Below are positions 10,636 to 20,463 of a stretch of DNA of 64,000 nucleotides, one piece after another. This stretch comes from an uncultured bacterium (GTDB taxonomy: Bacteria; Oederibacteriota; PGYV01; CAWJRG01): assembly GCA_963845185.1 (NCBI GenBank), contig CAWJRG010000011.1, forward strand, positions 96,001 to 160,000. Direction: 5' to 3'. The stretch's first letter is position 1; each line of letters begins with the position of its first letter. The translations under genes were made by a program, and so were the position numbers. The notes under the pieces are model-generated. The model saw nothing but the letters and a program-made list of their open reading frames with translations. It was not told the DNA's origin and did no database searches.

Positions 10636-10934
10636 TTTGCTTCACTCTCAGTCGTGTCACCAAGCAGATCCTGTTTGGCAACCGCCTTTTTTATGATTTT
10701 CATGACAACAAAATTTTTATTCTTGCTTATAGGCCTTGTTTCCTTGATTTCTACGATGTCTCCTGTACCGCACTCGCCCTTTTCGTCGTGAGCCATGATT
10801 TTTGTCGTTCTTTTGATGTATTTTTTGTAAAACGGGTGTTTAACAAGGCGCTCAATTGCCACTGTAACCGTTTTTTTCATCTTATTGCTTTTCACCGTTC
10901 CCACAAATTTCCTTCTGTGGCTTTTATCGCTCAT
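10632..10934 (-). CDS. rpsQ: 30S ribosomal protein S17
   Basis: [19 protein letters not shown]. Confidence 0.98.
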   Translation of the reverse strand: MSDKSHRRKFVGTVKSNKMKKTVTVAIERLVKHPFYKKYIKRTTKIMAHDEKGECGTGDIVEIKETRPISKNKNFVVMKIIKKAVAKQDLLGDTTESEAK

Positions 10935-11146
10935 TTTTTAACAGCCTCCTTGAGCCCCGTGGCCTTCTTTTCCTTCAATATGGTAAGAAGCCTTGCTATG
11001 TCTCTTTTAATAATTTTAAGCGGCGACGTGTTTTCATTCTGCTTGGTGGACAGCTTCATCCTTATCTTAAACAAGTTCTCTTTGAGTTCTTTTATCTTTC
11101 TTTCTGCTTCGTCAGGTGTCATATCCCTTATTTCTTTCGGTTTCAT
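10931..11146 (-). CDS. rpmC: 50S ribosomal protein L29
   Basis: [11 protein letters not shown]; position in S10 operon. Confidence 0.96.
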   Translation of the reverse strand: MKPKEIRDMTPDEAERKIKELKENLFKIRMKLSTKQNENTSPLKIIKRDIARLLTILKEKKATGLKEAVKK

Positions 11147-11159
11147 TTATTCCTCCACA

Positions 11160-11573
11160 TTACATCTTGGTTCTTTCGATATATTTTGTCTTTATCGGGA
11201 ACTTTGAAGCGGCCCTTGCAAAAGCGCGTCTGGCTACTTCCTCTGTCACACCCTCAAGTTCCAGTAGAACCCTGCCCGGTTTTACAACCGCTACCCAGTA
11301 TTCTGGCGCGCCCTTTCCTTTTCCCATTCTGGTTTCCGCCGGTTTCTTTGTAAAAGGCTTATCCGGAAATATCCTTATCCACAGCTTGCCGCCTTTTTTC
11401 AGGGTTCTGTTTATTGCTATCCTTGACGCCTCTATCTGTCTTGCCGTTATCCAGGCTGGTTCCAGGGCTTTAAGCCCGTATTTGCCAAAACTTATTGTAT
11501 TCCCGCTCGTGGCTATTCCGCTCATTCTGCCTCTCTGTTGTTTCCTGTATTTTACCCTACTCGGCATTAACAT
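11160..11573 (-). CDS. rplP: 50S ribosomal protein L16
   Basis: [21 protein letters not shown]. Confidence 0.99.
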   Translation of the reverse strand: MLMPSRVKYRKQQRGRMSGIATSGNTISFGKYGLKALEPAWITARQIEASRIAINRTLKKGGKLWIRIFPDKPFTKKPAETRMGKGKGAPEYWVAVVKPGRVLLELEGVTEEVARRAFARAASKFPIKTKYIERTKM

Positions 11574-11593
11574 GTAAATTCATCCTCCGCTGT

Positions 11594-12235
11594 TTAATCT
11601 CCGCCCAGTTTTTCACCTTTAAAAATCCATACCTTAACTCCTATGCATCCATAGGTTGTATGTGCCGTGGCCGTGCCGTAATTGATATCAGCCCTTAATG
11701 TCTGCAGCGGCACCCTTCCTTCAACATACCATTCCGTCCTTGCTATTTCCGCGCCACCAAGCCTGCCAGCGCAGCATATCTTGATGCCCTGCGCGCCGCC
11801 GGACTCGGATTCCATGGCTGTCTGTATGGATTTTTTCATGGCCCTTCTATATGATATCCTTTTTTCGAGCTGCTGTGCAATATTCTCAGCCACAAGCTGG
11901 GCTTCTGTCTCAGGCTTTGTAATCTCAACCGGCTCGATAAGCATCTGCTTGCCGGTCATTTTCTCCAGGTCTTTCCTTAAGTCTTCTACTTCTGTGCCTT
12001 TCCTTCCTATTATCATCCCCGGCTTTGAGGTAAAAATTTTAATGATAGCTTTCTGTCCCGCCCTTTCGATTTCCGTGCGTGATATGCCTGCATTGGAAAG
12101 TCTTTCTTTTATGTATATCCGTATATCCCTGTCTTCAAGGAGCAGGTCTTTAAAATTTTTCTTGGCAAGCCATCGCGATTTCCACGTTTTTGTTATGCCA
12201 AGCCTCAATCCCTCAGGATGAACCTTATGTCCCAT
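11594..12235 (-). CDS. rpsC: 30S ribosomal protein S3
   Basis: [22 protein letters not shown]. Confidence 0.99.
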   Translation of the reverse strand: MGHKVHPEGLRLGITKTWKSRWLAKKNFKDLLLEDRDIRIYIKERLSNAGISRTEIERAGQKAIIKIFTSKPGMIIGRKGTEVEDLRKDLEKMTGKQMLIEPVEITKPETEAQLVAENIAQQLEKRISYRRAMKKSIQTAMESESGGAQGIKICCAGRLGGAEIARTEWYVEGRVPLQTLRADINYGTATAHTTYGCIGVKVWIFKGEKLGGD

Positions 12236-12252
12236 AAATTAACGGCACCTCG

Positions 12253-12606
12253 TTATTTCTTGTTTTTTACGTCACTGACCACGGCAGTGATGTGGGAAGT
12301 CCTTTTATGAATCGCGCTCGCCCTTCCCATTGCGCGCGGCATGAACCTTCTTGCCCATTTTAAAATCGGACCGTTTTCAACTCTTAATTCCTTTATATAT
12401 AGGGTCTCGGCATCGGCGCCGAAGCTTTTAACAGCGTTTGCTACAGCTGATTTGATTACTTTCTCAATCATTGGCGCAGCGGATTTTCTTAAAAAATGCA
12501 GTTTGTCAAGAGCTACGCTCACTTTATTGTTTTTTATTTCTCTTACTATTGCCCTTGTTTTTCTCGGCGATATTCTCGCGAACCTCGCGACTGCTTTTGC
12601 TTCCAT
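12253..12606 (-). CDS. rplV: 50S ribosomal protein L22
   Basis: RISPRK..PRAMGRA..KRTSHIT. Confidence 0.98.
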   Translation of the reverse strand: MEAKAVARFARISPRKTRAIVREIKNNKVSVALDKLHFLRKSAAPMIEKVIKSAVANAVKSFGADAETLYIKELRVENGPILKWARRFMPRAMGRASAIHKRTSHITAVVSDVKNKK

Positions 12607-12622
12607 TTCCTAATACTCCTTT

Positions 12623-12907
12623 TTATGTCAGTTCTGCTGAATCTTTTCTTGCTTCGCCGTGTCCCTTGAATATTCTGGTCGGCGCAAATTCGCCCAGTTT
12701 GTGTCCGACCATGTTTTCAGTCACAAAAACAGGTATAAATTTTCTGCCGTTGTGCACTGCAAAAGTATGCCCTACCATCTCCGGCGATATAGAACTCCGC
12801 CTTGCCCATGTCTTTATTACTTTCTTATCTCCAGCCTCGGTCATCTTTAAAACTTTTTCCTGTAATTTTTCATCTACAAAAATTCCTTTTTTTAACGACC
12901 TGCTCAT
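12623..12907 (-). CDS. rpsS: 30S ribosomal protein S19
   Basis: [21 protein letters not shown]. Confidence 0.99.
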   Translation of the reverse strand: MSRSLKKGIFVDEKLQEKVLKMTEAGDKKVIKTWARRSSISPEMVGHTFAVHNGRKFIPVFVTENMVGHKLGEFAPTRIFKGHGEARKDSAELT

Positions 12908-12943
12908 TACTCAAATAACCTCCGTTATCGGTTGTGGAAAATA

Positions 12944-13768
12944 TTATTTTCTCCTCGTTATAATAAGGCTGCTCGACTGTTTCTTTTTATTCCGTGTCTT
13001 AAATCCTTTTGCCTTTACATTAGTAGGCGATACCGGATGCCGTCCGCTCTTGCTCTTACCCTCGCCGCCGCCCATAGGATGGTCGCATGGATTTTTTACT
13101 ATTGCCCTTGTAGCCGGTCTTATACCCAGCCACCTGCTCCTGCCTGCTTTTCCTATTACTATATTTTCGTATTCAAGGTTGCCTACCTGCCCTACAGTAG
13201 CGTAACAATCTTTTCTTATTTTTCTTAACTCTCCCGACGGCATTTTTAATACAACGTGATCCCCTTCTTTTCCCATTATCTGCGCAAAAGCGCCTGCGCT
13301 TCTTGCCAGTTGACCGCCCTTTCCCGGTACCATCTCAACATTATGCACCACTGTGCCGTCCGGCATGCTACGCAAAGGAAGCGCATTTCCTGCCTTTATA
13401 TCGGCATTTTCCGAGGCCATAACCTTGTCCGTAACGTTTACACCGAGCGGGGCTATTATGTAACGCTTTTCCCCGTCCTTATATTTTATCAGGGCGATCC
13501 TGCAATTTCTATTCGGGTCATACTCGATTGCAGTTACCACGCCCTCCACGTTTTTTTTGTCCCTCTTAAAATCTATTATTCTGTATTGTTTCTTATGGCC
13601 GCCTGTTATAAACCTGGAAGTTATCCTGCCGTTATTATTCCTTCCGCCAGTTCTTTTTAATGTTTCAGTAAGGGACTTTTCCGGTCTTTCCTTTGTTATG
13701 TCTTCTTTCGCATCTATGGTTATAAACCTTCTTGACGGCGTATACGGGTTAAATTCCTTAATTCCCAT
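12944..13768 (-). CDS. rplB: 50S ribosomal protein L2
   Basis: [16 protein letters not shown]. Confidence 0.99.
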   Translation of the reverse strand: MGIKEFNPYTPSRRFITIDAKEDITKERPEKSLTETLKRTGGRNNNGRITSRFITGGHKKQYRIIDFKRDKKNVEGVVTAIEYDPNRNCRIALIKYKDGEKRYIIAPLGVNVTDKVMASENADIKAGNALPLRSMPDGTVVHNVEMVPGKGGQLARSAGAFAQIMGKEGDHVVLKMPSGELRKIRKDCYATVGQVGNLEYENIVIGKAGRSRWLGIRPATRAIVKNPCDHPMGGGEGKSKSGRHPVSPTNVKAKGFKTRNKKKQSSSLIITRRK

Positions 13769-13771
13769 TTC

Positions 13772-14059
13772 TTATACTCCTTCGACCATTTCTATTTTTT
13801 CGTTCTCTTTAAGCTTGATAACGGCTTTTTTAAACCTGTGCGCCGCGCTTTCCGAGCGGCCAAACCTTTTTGCCTTACCCGGCATGGTTGTTGTATTTAC
13901 CTTCAAAACATGTACCTTAAATATCCTCTCAATTGCGTCCTTGATTTCGCCTTTTGAAGCATTTTTATCAACCTTAAAAACATAATAATTCCCATTTCCC
14001 CTGACAAGGGTTGCCTTTTCGGTAATAACAGGCTTTTTAATTATCTGATAAATATCCAT
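13772..14059 (-). CDS. rplW: 50S ribosomal protein L23
   Basis: PVITEK..KVNT..KKAVIKL. Confidence 0.98.
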   Translation of the reverse strand: MDIYQIIKKPVITEKATLVRGNGNYYVFKVDKNASKGEIKDAIERIFKVHVLKVNTTTMPGKAKRFGRSESAAHRFKKAVIKLKENEKIEMVEGV

Positions 14060-14682
14060 TACGCGATTCTCCTTATGAGCGCTTCCATTGATTTTTTAGT
14101 CATCAGTACTTTTGAATTCGAGAGCAAATCGTAAATATTCAGGTTTTCCGGCCTTGTTACTTGTAAATTGCCTATGTTCCTGGTGGCCCTCAAAAAAATG
14201 TCGTTTACACTGTCGTTTACCAGCAAAACCTTGCTCCCTGCGAGGTTGAGCTGTTTTAAGACAGCAAGCGCGCTTTTTGTTTTTGGCTCTTTTATTTCAA
14301 TGGATTCTACTATGGTAATCTCGCCGTCCTTTAACTTGCCGGCTACTACCTGCCGCATTGCTTCTTTTTTTGCGTTTTTATTTACCTTGAACCTTACCTT
14401 CAACGGCCTTGGCCCGAATACCACGCCTCCGCCTTTCCATATAGGTGACCGTATGCTTCCGTGCCTTGCCTGGCCAGTGCCTTTTTGCTTCCATGGCTTT
14501 TTACCGCCGCCCCTGACCTCGGCACGTGTCTTTGTATTTGACGAGCCTGTATGCTGGCTATTTAAATAAGCAAGCAGCACGTCGTGCACTAGGTCGTCTT
14601 TTCTTTTAATATTTATAAAGTTGTCGTCTATTTCAAACTCTGCGATCTTTTTATTTTCAACATTAATAACATCAAGTTTCAT
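14059..14682 (-). CDS. rplD: 50S ribosomal protein L4
   Basis: KPWKQKGTGQARHGS.RSP..GGG. Confidence 0.99.
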   Translation of the reverse strand: MKLDVINVENKKIAEFEIDDNFINIKRKDDLVHDVLLAYLNSQHTGSSNTKTRAEVRGGGKKPWKQKGTGQARHGSIRSPIWKGGGVVFGPRPLKVRFKVNKNAKKEAMRQVVAGKLKDGEITIVESIEIKEPKTKSALAVLKQLNLAGSKVLLVNDSVNDIFLRATRNIGNLQVTRPENLNIYDLLSNSKVLMTKKSMEALIRRIA

Positions 14683-14701
14683 TTTTTACTGCTCTCCTTG
14701 T

Positions 14702-15349
14702 TTATTTCTTTTTTACGCTCTTTTTTATCATAAGCAGTCCGCCCTTTGCGCCCGGCACTGCTCCGCCTACAAGTATAAATTTATTTTCAGCGTCTATTTT
14801 TACCACCTTTAAATTCTGAACCGTAACATTTTCATTTCCCATCCTACCTGCCATTTTCTGGTTTTTAAATACTCTTGCAGGAAAAGTGCTCGAGCCTATG
14901 GAGCCCGGCGCCCTGTGCTGCATTGAGCCGTGGGAATCCGGTCCTCCTGCGAAATTCCATCTTTTAACAACTCCCTGGGTTCCTTTTCCTTTCGAAACCC
15001 CTGACACATCAACCCACTTTTGGTTTAAATCCTTGAAAACCTCAAGCGTCACCGCGTCACCTTGTTTATATTTGTCTAGTTCGGTCTTGTCTATTTTGAA
15101 TTCTTTTAAAACCTTTTTTAATGGCACATTTGCCTTGGTAAATATTCCCTTTATGGGCTTATTCACCCTTTTTGGTTTTTTGGCGTCGGTATTGCCAAGT
15201 AAAAGTGCGCTGTATCCGTGTTCCTCCTCGGTTTTTTTGCCCACGACAACGGAGTCCTCAACTTCGATTATTGTCACAGGCACGGCTTCGCCTTTCTCGT
15301 TAAAAATCTGCGTCATGCCGACTTTTTTTCCTAAAAATGCTGACAGCAC
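14702..15349 (-). CDS. rplC: 50S ribosomal protein L3
   Basis: GKKVGMTQIF..SKGKG.QG..HRAPGSIG; GTG start, SD AAGGAG. Confidence 0.99.
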   Translation of the reverse strand: MLSAFLGKKVGMTQIFNEKGEAVPVTIIEVEDSVVVGKKTEEEHGYSALLLGNTDAKKPKRVNKPIKGIFTKANVPLKKVLKEFKIDKTELDKYKQGDAVTLEVFKDLNQKWVDVSGVSKGKGTQGVVKRWNFAGGPDSHGSMQHRAPGSIGSSTFPARVFKNQKMAGRMGNENVTVQNLKVVKIDAENKFILVGGAVPGAKGGLLMIKKSVKKK

Positions 15350-15362
15350 CTTATTTCTCCTT

Positions 15363-15461
15363 AGAGTCCGTTGATTTTGCTAAGCGTCAACAGCGGCAGC
15401 AAAATCTTACGGAGTCTTATACCCGCTCAAGTCCGAGGCATACGCCGTGGACAAACGGTAT
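15363..15461. repeat. copy A of the intergenic two-hairpin structured element (rpsJ-rplC)
   Basis: Shares core tacccgctcaagtccgaggc and stem architecture with 36506-36608 and 61250-61414. Confidence 0.88.
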
Positions 15462-15465
15462 TTAT

Positions 15466-15777
15466 TTACAGTTTAATTTCGACGTCTATGCCCGCCGGTA
15501 AATCAAGATTCCTGAGTTTTTCAACAGTTTCATGGTTTGGTTCGACTATATCTATTATCCTTTTATGTATTCTCATCTCAAACTGTTCCCTTGATTTTTT
15601 ATCTACATGCACTGACCTTAAAATAGTGTATTTTTGTATTTTTGTAGGCAGAGGTATCGGGCCTGATACTCTCGCTCCGGTTTCTTTTACTTTTTTTATG
15701 ATATCAACCACCGACTTGTCAAGAAGTTTGTGGTCGTAAGCTTTTAATCTTATTCTTATTTTCTGCACATCTATCAT
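15466..15777 (-). CDS. rpsJ: 30S ribosomal protein S10
   Basis: [25 protein letters not shown]. Confidence 0.99.
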   Translation of the reverse strand: MIDVQKIRIRLKAYDHKLLDKSVVDIIKKVKETGARVSGPIPLPTKIQKYTILRSVHVDKKSREQFEMRIHKRIIDIVEPNHETVEKLRNLDLPAGIDVEIKL

Positions 15778-15801
15778 TTTTGGGGTTCTCCCTTCAGACT
15801 T

Positions 15802-17004
15802 TTATTCAACTATATCCGTGACAACGCCGGAGCCCACGGTCTTTCCGCCTTCCCTTATTGCAAACCTTACTTCTTTCTCCATTGCTATCGGCGTTATCAG
15901 CTCCACGTCCATCAGCACATTGTCCCCGGGCATTACCATCTCTATCCCTGCCGGCAACTTTATGCTCCCTGTCACATCCGTTGTCCTGAAATAAAACTGC
16001 GGCCGGTAATTGTTAAAAAACGGCGTGTGCCTCCCGCCCTCTTCTTTTGTCAGTATGTATACTTTCCCTTTGAATTTCTTATGCGGCGTTATCGAACCTA
16101 TCTTTGATACTACCTGCCCTCTCTCTATATCCGTCTTCTCTATTCCCCTAAGCAACAACCCTACATTGTCTCCGGCTATACCTTCGTCCAGCAGTTTCCT
16201 GAACATCTCTATTCCTGTCACCACTGTCTTCTTCGTATCCTTTATCCCTACTATTTCAACTTCTTCGTTTAATTTTACTTTGCCCCTCTCTATCCTTCCT
16301 GTCGCTACTGTTCCCCTGCCGGTTATTGAAAATACATCCTCTATTGCCAAAAGAAACGGCTTGTCTATGTCCCTTTTCGGCTCTGGTATCTCTGTATCAA
16401 GCGCGTTTACAAGGTCTAATATCGGCTTCGACGCCTCTCCATTTGGATCCTGCAATGCCTTTATTGCCGATCCCCTTATCACTGTTATCTTGTCTCCGGG
16501 AAATTCATATTTCGTTAACAGCTCCCTTACCTCTACCTCTACCAGATCTAGTATCTCAGGGTCGTCTACTAAATCCACTTTATTTAAAAATACCACTATG
16601 TTATGCACTCCCACCTGCCTTGCCAGCAGTATATGCTCCCTTGTCTGCGGCATTGGCCCGTCTGCCGCGCTTACCACTAGTATCGCTCCGTCCATCTGCG
16701 CCGCTCCGGTTATCATGTTCTTTACGTAATCTGCGTGCCCGGGGCAATCTATGTGCGCGTAGTGCCTTTTATCTGTCGAATACTCAACGTGCGATGTCGC
16801 TATCGTCAATATCTTTGTCGCGTCCCTTCTTCCCTGTGATATTGACGCCTTTGCCACCTCATCGTACGGTATGTATGTCGCTAGTCCTTTGGCTGCCATT
16901 ACTGCTGTTATTGCCGCTGTCAGCGTCGTTTTTCCGTGGTCCACATGCCCTATCGTCCCCACGTTTATATGCGGTTTTGTCCTCTCAAATTTCTGCTTAC
17001 TCAT
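15802..17004 (-). CDS. tuf: elongation factor Tu with variant switch I region
   Basis: [28 protein letters not shown]. Confidence 0.99.
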   Translation of the reverse strand: MSKQKFERTKPHINVGTIGHVDHGKTTLTAAITAVMAAKGLATYIPYDEVAKASISQGRRDATKILTIATSHVEYSTDKRHYAHIDCPGHADYVKNMITGAAQMDGAILVVSAADGPMPQTREHILLARQVGVHNIVVFLNKVDLVDDPEILDLVEVEVRELLTKYEFPGDKITVIRGSAIKALQDPNGEASKPILDLVNALDTEIPEPKRDIDKPFLLAIEDVFSITGRGTVATGRIERGKVKLNEEVEIVGIKDTKKTVVTGIEMFRKLLDEGIAGDNVGLLLRGIEKTDIERGQVVSKIGSITPHKKFKGKVYILTKEEGGRHTPFFNNYRPQFYFRTTDVTGSIKLPAGIEMVMPGDNVLMDVELITPIAMEKEVRFAIREGGKTVGSGVVTDIVE

Positions 17005-17088
17005 CTCTTAACCTCCTGAATTTGTGTTATGCGGGAATCTAATTTGTCATTACTTATCATATACCACTTCCCACTTTTAACTTTTTAT

Positions 17089-19185
17089 CTATCTTACCGT
17101 GCCAGTTGCCTTTGCAACTATTGTTTCCTGTATACTTGAAGGTACTGGCTCGTATTTTGAAAACTGCATTGTATAAGTCGCCCTTCCCTGGCTCATTGAC
17201 CTTAATTCTGTCGCGTAACCGAACATATCAGCCAGCGGCACAAAAGATTCTATAACCTGGGACTTGCCCCTTTTTTCAAGTTTTTCTATTTTTCCCCTGC
17301 GTGCGTTCAAATTTCCTATGATATCACCTAAAAATCCCTCGGGAGTGACAACCTCTACTGCCATTATAGGCTCAAGTATAATCGGGCCGGCTCTCCTAAA
17401 TCCGTCTTTAAAAGCCAGCGATGCGGCTATTTTAAAGGCGTTCTCGTTTGAATCAACCTCGTGAAACGACCCGTCAAAAAGTGTTACTTTTACGTCGCTT
17501 ACTGGATATCCAGCAAGTACGCCGTTTTCTACTGCTTCCGCTATTCCCTTGTCTATTGCCGGTATATATTCCCTCGGTATTATTCCGCCCACTATATCAT
17601 TAACAAATTCATACCCTTTGCCCCGCTCATTCGGCTCTATATCTATTACAACATGCCCGTAGTTTCCCCTGCCTCCCGACTGCCTTATATATTTGCCTTC
17701 GGCTTCGGCCTTTTTTGTTATTGCTTCCCTGTAAGCCACTTCAGGTTTGCCTACATTTGCCTCAACCTTAAATTCCCTTTTCATCCTGTCCACTATGATT
17801 TCAAGGTGCAGCTCTCCCATGCCTGAAATTATGGTCTGTCCGGTTTCTTCATCGCCCCTCACCCTGAATGTCGGGTCTTCTTCGGATAATTTGTTTAAGG
17901 CTATGCTCATTTTTTCCTGGTCTGCCTTTGTCTTGGGTTCGACCGCAACAAAAATAACCGGCTCCGGGAATATCATTTTTTCAAGGCCGATTAAATTATT
18001 TTCATCACATAACGTGTCTCCGGTAAAAGTATCCTTCAATCCTATGCCCGCGACTATGTCCCCGGCGTAAGCTTCTTTTATCTCTTCCCTGTGATTTGCG
18101 TGCATTAAAAGAATACGGCTTATTCTTTCCTGTCCGTCCCTAGTCGCGTTATAAACATATGACCCTGCTGAAAGCGTACCGGCGTATATCCTGAAATAAG
18201 TAAGCCTGCCCACATAAGGGTCAGACATAATTTTAAAAGCAAGCGCGGTAAAAGGCTCTTTTTCGTCGGCTTTTCTTATGATTTCCTGGTCGGGATTTTC
18301 CGGTGAATGTCCTACCACAGGAGGCACGTCAAGAGGTGACGGCAAAAAATCAACCACGCCGTCAAGCAGCGGCTGCACGCCCTTATTTTTAAACGCAGCG
18401 CCGCAAAATACAGGCACTATAGAGAATGTGAGCGTGCCTTTTCTTATTGCCCTTTTTATCATTTCCGGGGTAACCTCTCCGGCCTTGCCTTCCAGATATT
18501 TATGCATAAGTTCGTCGTCAAAATCCGCCACTGCCTGGAGCATTTTATCCCTGTTATCTTCTGCCTGTACTTTGTACTCGGCAGGTATTTCCTTTATTTC
18601 AAACTTGGCTCCCAGAGTTTCCTCGAGCCATATGATTGCCTTCATATTAATTAAATCCACGACCCCTATAAAAGTGTCCTCTGCTCCTATTGGCAGCTGA
18701 AGCGGTACAGGATTTGCACCCAGCTTTTCCTCTATTGAATGCACAGACATCCAGAAATCAGCGCCTACCCTGTCCATCTTGTTTAAAAAGACCACCCTTG
18801 GTACTTTATATTTGTCTGCCTGGCGCCAGACTGTCTCGGATTGGGGCTCTACGCCGTTTACGACGTCAAAAACTGCCACGGCACCGTCAAGTACCCTCAG
18901 GGACCTTTCGACTTCTATTGTAAAATCAACATGCCCCGGCGTGTCTATAATATTAATCCTGTAGTTGTTCCAGTAACATGTTGTCGCAGCCGAAGTTATG
19001 GTGATTCCGCGCTCCCTTTCCTGCTCCATCCAGTCCATGGTGGCAAGCCCCTCGTGCACCTCGCCTATTTTATGAACCTTGCCCGTGTAATAAAGCACCC
19101 TTTCGGTAAGCGTAGTCTTACCTGCATCTATGTGCGCCATAATTCCTATGTTTCTTGTTCTCTCAAGCGGGTATTCACGTGGCAT
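17089..19185 (-). CDS. fusA: elongation factor G
   Basis: [29 protein letters not shown]. Confidence 0.99.
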   Translation of the reverse strand: MPREYPLERTRNIGIMAHIDAGKTTLTERVLYYTGKVHKIGEVHEGLATMDWMEQERERGITITSAATTCYWNNYRINIIDTPGHVDFTIEVERSLRVLDGAVAVFDVVNGVEPQSETVWRQADKYKVPRVVFLNKMDRVGADFWMSVHSIEEKLGANPVPLQLPIGAEDTFIGVVDLINMKAIIWLEETLGAKFEIKEIPAEYKVQAEDNRDKMLQAVADFDDELMHKYLEGKAGEVTPEMIKRAIRKGTLTFSIVPVFCGAAFKNKGVQPLLDGVVDFLPSPLDVPPVVGHSPENPDQEIIRKADEKEPFTALAFKIMSDPYVGRLTYFRIYAGTLSAGSYVYNATRDGQERISRILLMHANHREEIKEAYAGDIVAGIGLKDTFTGDTLCDENNLIGLEKMIFPEPVIFVAVEPKTKADQEKMSIALNKLSEEDPTFRVRGDEETGQTIISGMGELHLEIIVDRMKREFKVEANVGKPEVAYREAITKKAEAEGKYIRQSGGRGNYGHVVIDIEPNERGKGYEFVNDIVGGIIPREYIPAIDKGIAEAVENGVLAGYPVSDVKVTLFDGSFHEVDSNENAFKIAASLAFKDGFRRAGPIILEPIMAVEVVTPEGFLGDIIGNLNARRGKIEKLEKRGKSQVIESFVPLADMFGYATELRSMSQGRATYTMQFSKYEPVPSSIQETIVAKATGTVR

Positions 19186-19225
19186 TTTCTTTTACTTCTC
19201 CTCGGTTTTTAACATTAAACTTGTT

Positions 19226-19693
19226 TTACCATCTATAATGTGCAAAAGCTTTGTTTGCTTCCGCCATCTTATGCGTGTCGTCTTTTTTCTTTATTGCTCC
19301 GCCCTGGTTATTTATCGCGGACATTATTTCATTCGCAAGCCTTTCCTGCATGCTTTTCTCTTTTCTTGCCCTTGCGGCTTCGATAATCCACCTGACGGCA
19401 AGTGAAGTGCTCCTGTCCGGGTTAACCTCCACGGGTATCTGGTAATTCGCTCCGCCTATCCTTCTTGTTTTTAATTCAAGGAGCGGCTTGACATTATCGA
19501 CCGCGTTTTTAAAAGCCGCAAGCGGTTCCTTTCCCTGCTTTTCCATCATCTGGAAAGCGTCGTAAACTATAGATTCAGCCGTGCTTTTCCTGCCTTCGTA
19601 CATTATGCAGTTGATTAACTTGGCGACAAATTCATTTTTATATTTTGAATCCGGTGTTATTTCTCTTTTAACTACTTTTTTCCTTCTCGGCAT
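19226..19693 (-). CDS. rpsG: 30S ribosomal protein S7
   Basis: RRIGGANYQIP..HKMAEANKAFAHYRW. Confidence 0.99.
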   Translation of the reverse strand: MPRRKKVVKREITPDSKYKNEFVAKLINCIMYEGRKSTAESIVYDAFQMMEKQGKEPLAAFKNAVDNVKPLLELKTRRIGGANYQIPVEVNPDRSTSLAVRWIIEAARARKEKSMQERLANEIMSAINNQGGAIKKKDDTHKMAEANKAFAHYRW

Positions 19694-19710
19694 TGTTTAC
19701 CTCTTTTTAA

Positions 19711-20103
19711 TTATTTTGCGGCCGCTGGCTGCTGTTTTGGCATCTTTGCGCCGTATTTGGACCTGCCCTGTTTCCTGTCGGATACGCCCTGCGTATCAAG
19801 TGTGCCCCTGATTATGTGGTACCTTACACCCGGCAAATCTTTTACCCTGCCACCCCTTATCATTACGATAGAGTGTTCCTGAAGGTTATGTCCTACACCT
19901 GGAATATAGCATATTACTTCCATTTTATTCGTAAGCCTTACTCTTGCCACTTTTCGCAATGCGGAATTCGGCTTTTTTGGCGTAACGGTATACACTCTTG
20001 TGCATACCCCTCTTTTTTGCGGGCATGATTTCAAAGCAGGCGCAGACGTCTTATTCTTTGCATGTTTTCTTTTTCTTTTTACAAGCTGGTTGATTGTAGG
20101 CAA
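19711..20103 (-). CDS. rpsL: 30S ribosomal protein S12
   Basis: [30 protein letters not shown] start. Confidence 0.99.
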   Translation of the reverse strand: MPTINQLVKRKRKHAKNKTSAPALKSCPQKRGVCTRVYTVTPKKPNSALRKVARVRLTNKMEVICYIPGVGHNLQEHSIVMIRGGRVKDLPGVRYHIIRGTLDTQGVSDRKQGRSKYGAKMPKQQPAAAK

Positions 20104-20212
20104 TTACTAGCCTCCTTGCTTAAACTTTTATAAAGGAACATCCCAGTTCCCTCCGGAAAAGTATAATTAATCCCCCATCCGAAATCGGGGAATTTTTTTC
20201 GGATAAAATAAC

Positions 20213-20244
20213 AAAAGACGGCTCTAACGGCTCCGTCTTTTTTT
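20213..20244. terminator. terminator-like hairpin inside the putative rpsL leader
   Basis: aaaagacgg/ccgtctttt stem with T-rich tails on both strands. Confidence 0.5.
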
Positions 20245-20308
20245 ACAGCAATTTACCTATTTTATTAGTAAAACCATATCCAATGAGCCTTTTTGAATAA
20301 GCGCAAGT

Positions 20309-20337
20309 ATAATATTAAAAATGTTATACTTTGTCAA
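20309..20337 (-). promoter_or_regulatory. sigma70-type promoter of the str operon
   Basis: TTGACA-17bp-TATTAT on minus strand, about 200 nt upstream of rpsL. Confidence 0.7.
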
Positions 20338-20463
20338 GGTTTTTTTTGATATTTTTTAAGTTAATCCTGCATAGGTTAAAGCATATGGTTCACAATTTAT
20401 GGCATATATTTAAGATTCTTTTGCGTCCCGCTTCCCCCTTACCAACTGCCACCCGCATTTCTC

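Noticed and set aside
9533..10696. Long plus-strand ORF (387 aa) and many other plus-strand ORFs
   Set aside because: Antisense shadows of conserved minus-strand genes with no motifs or RBS.
15363..15461. Known ribozyme (twister-sister, pistol, hammerhead) or ribosomal-protein leader
   Set aside because: Only short words (CAAGTCC, GGTGC) match; core topologies do not fit by eye, and copies precede non-ribosomal genes. A cmscan is still needed.
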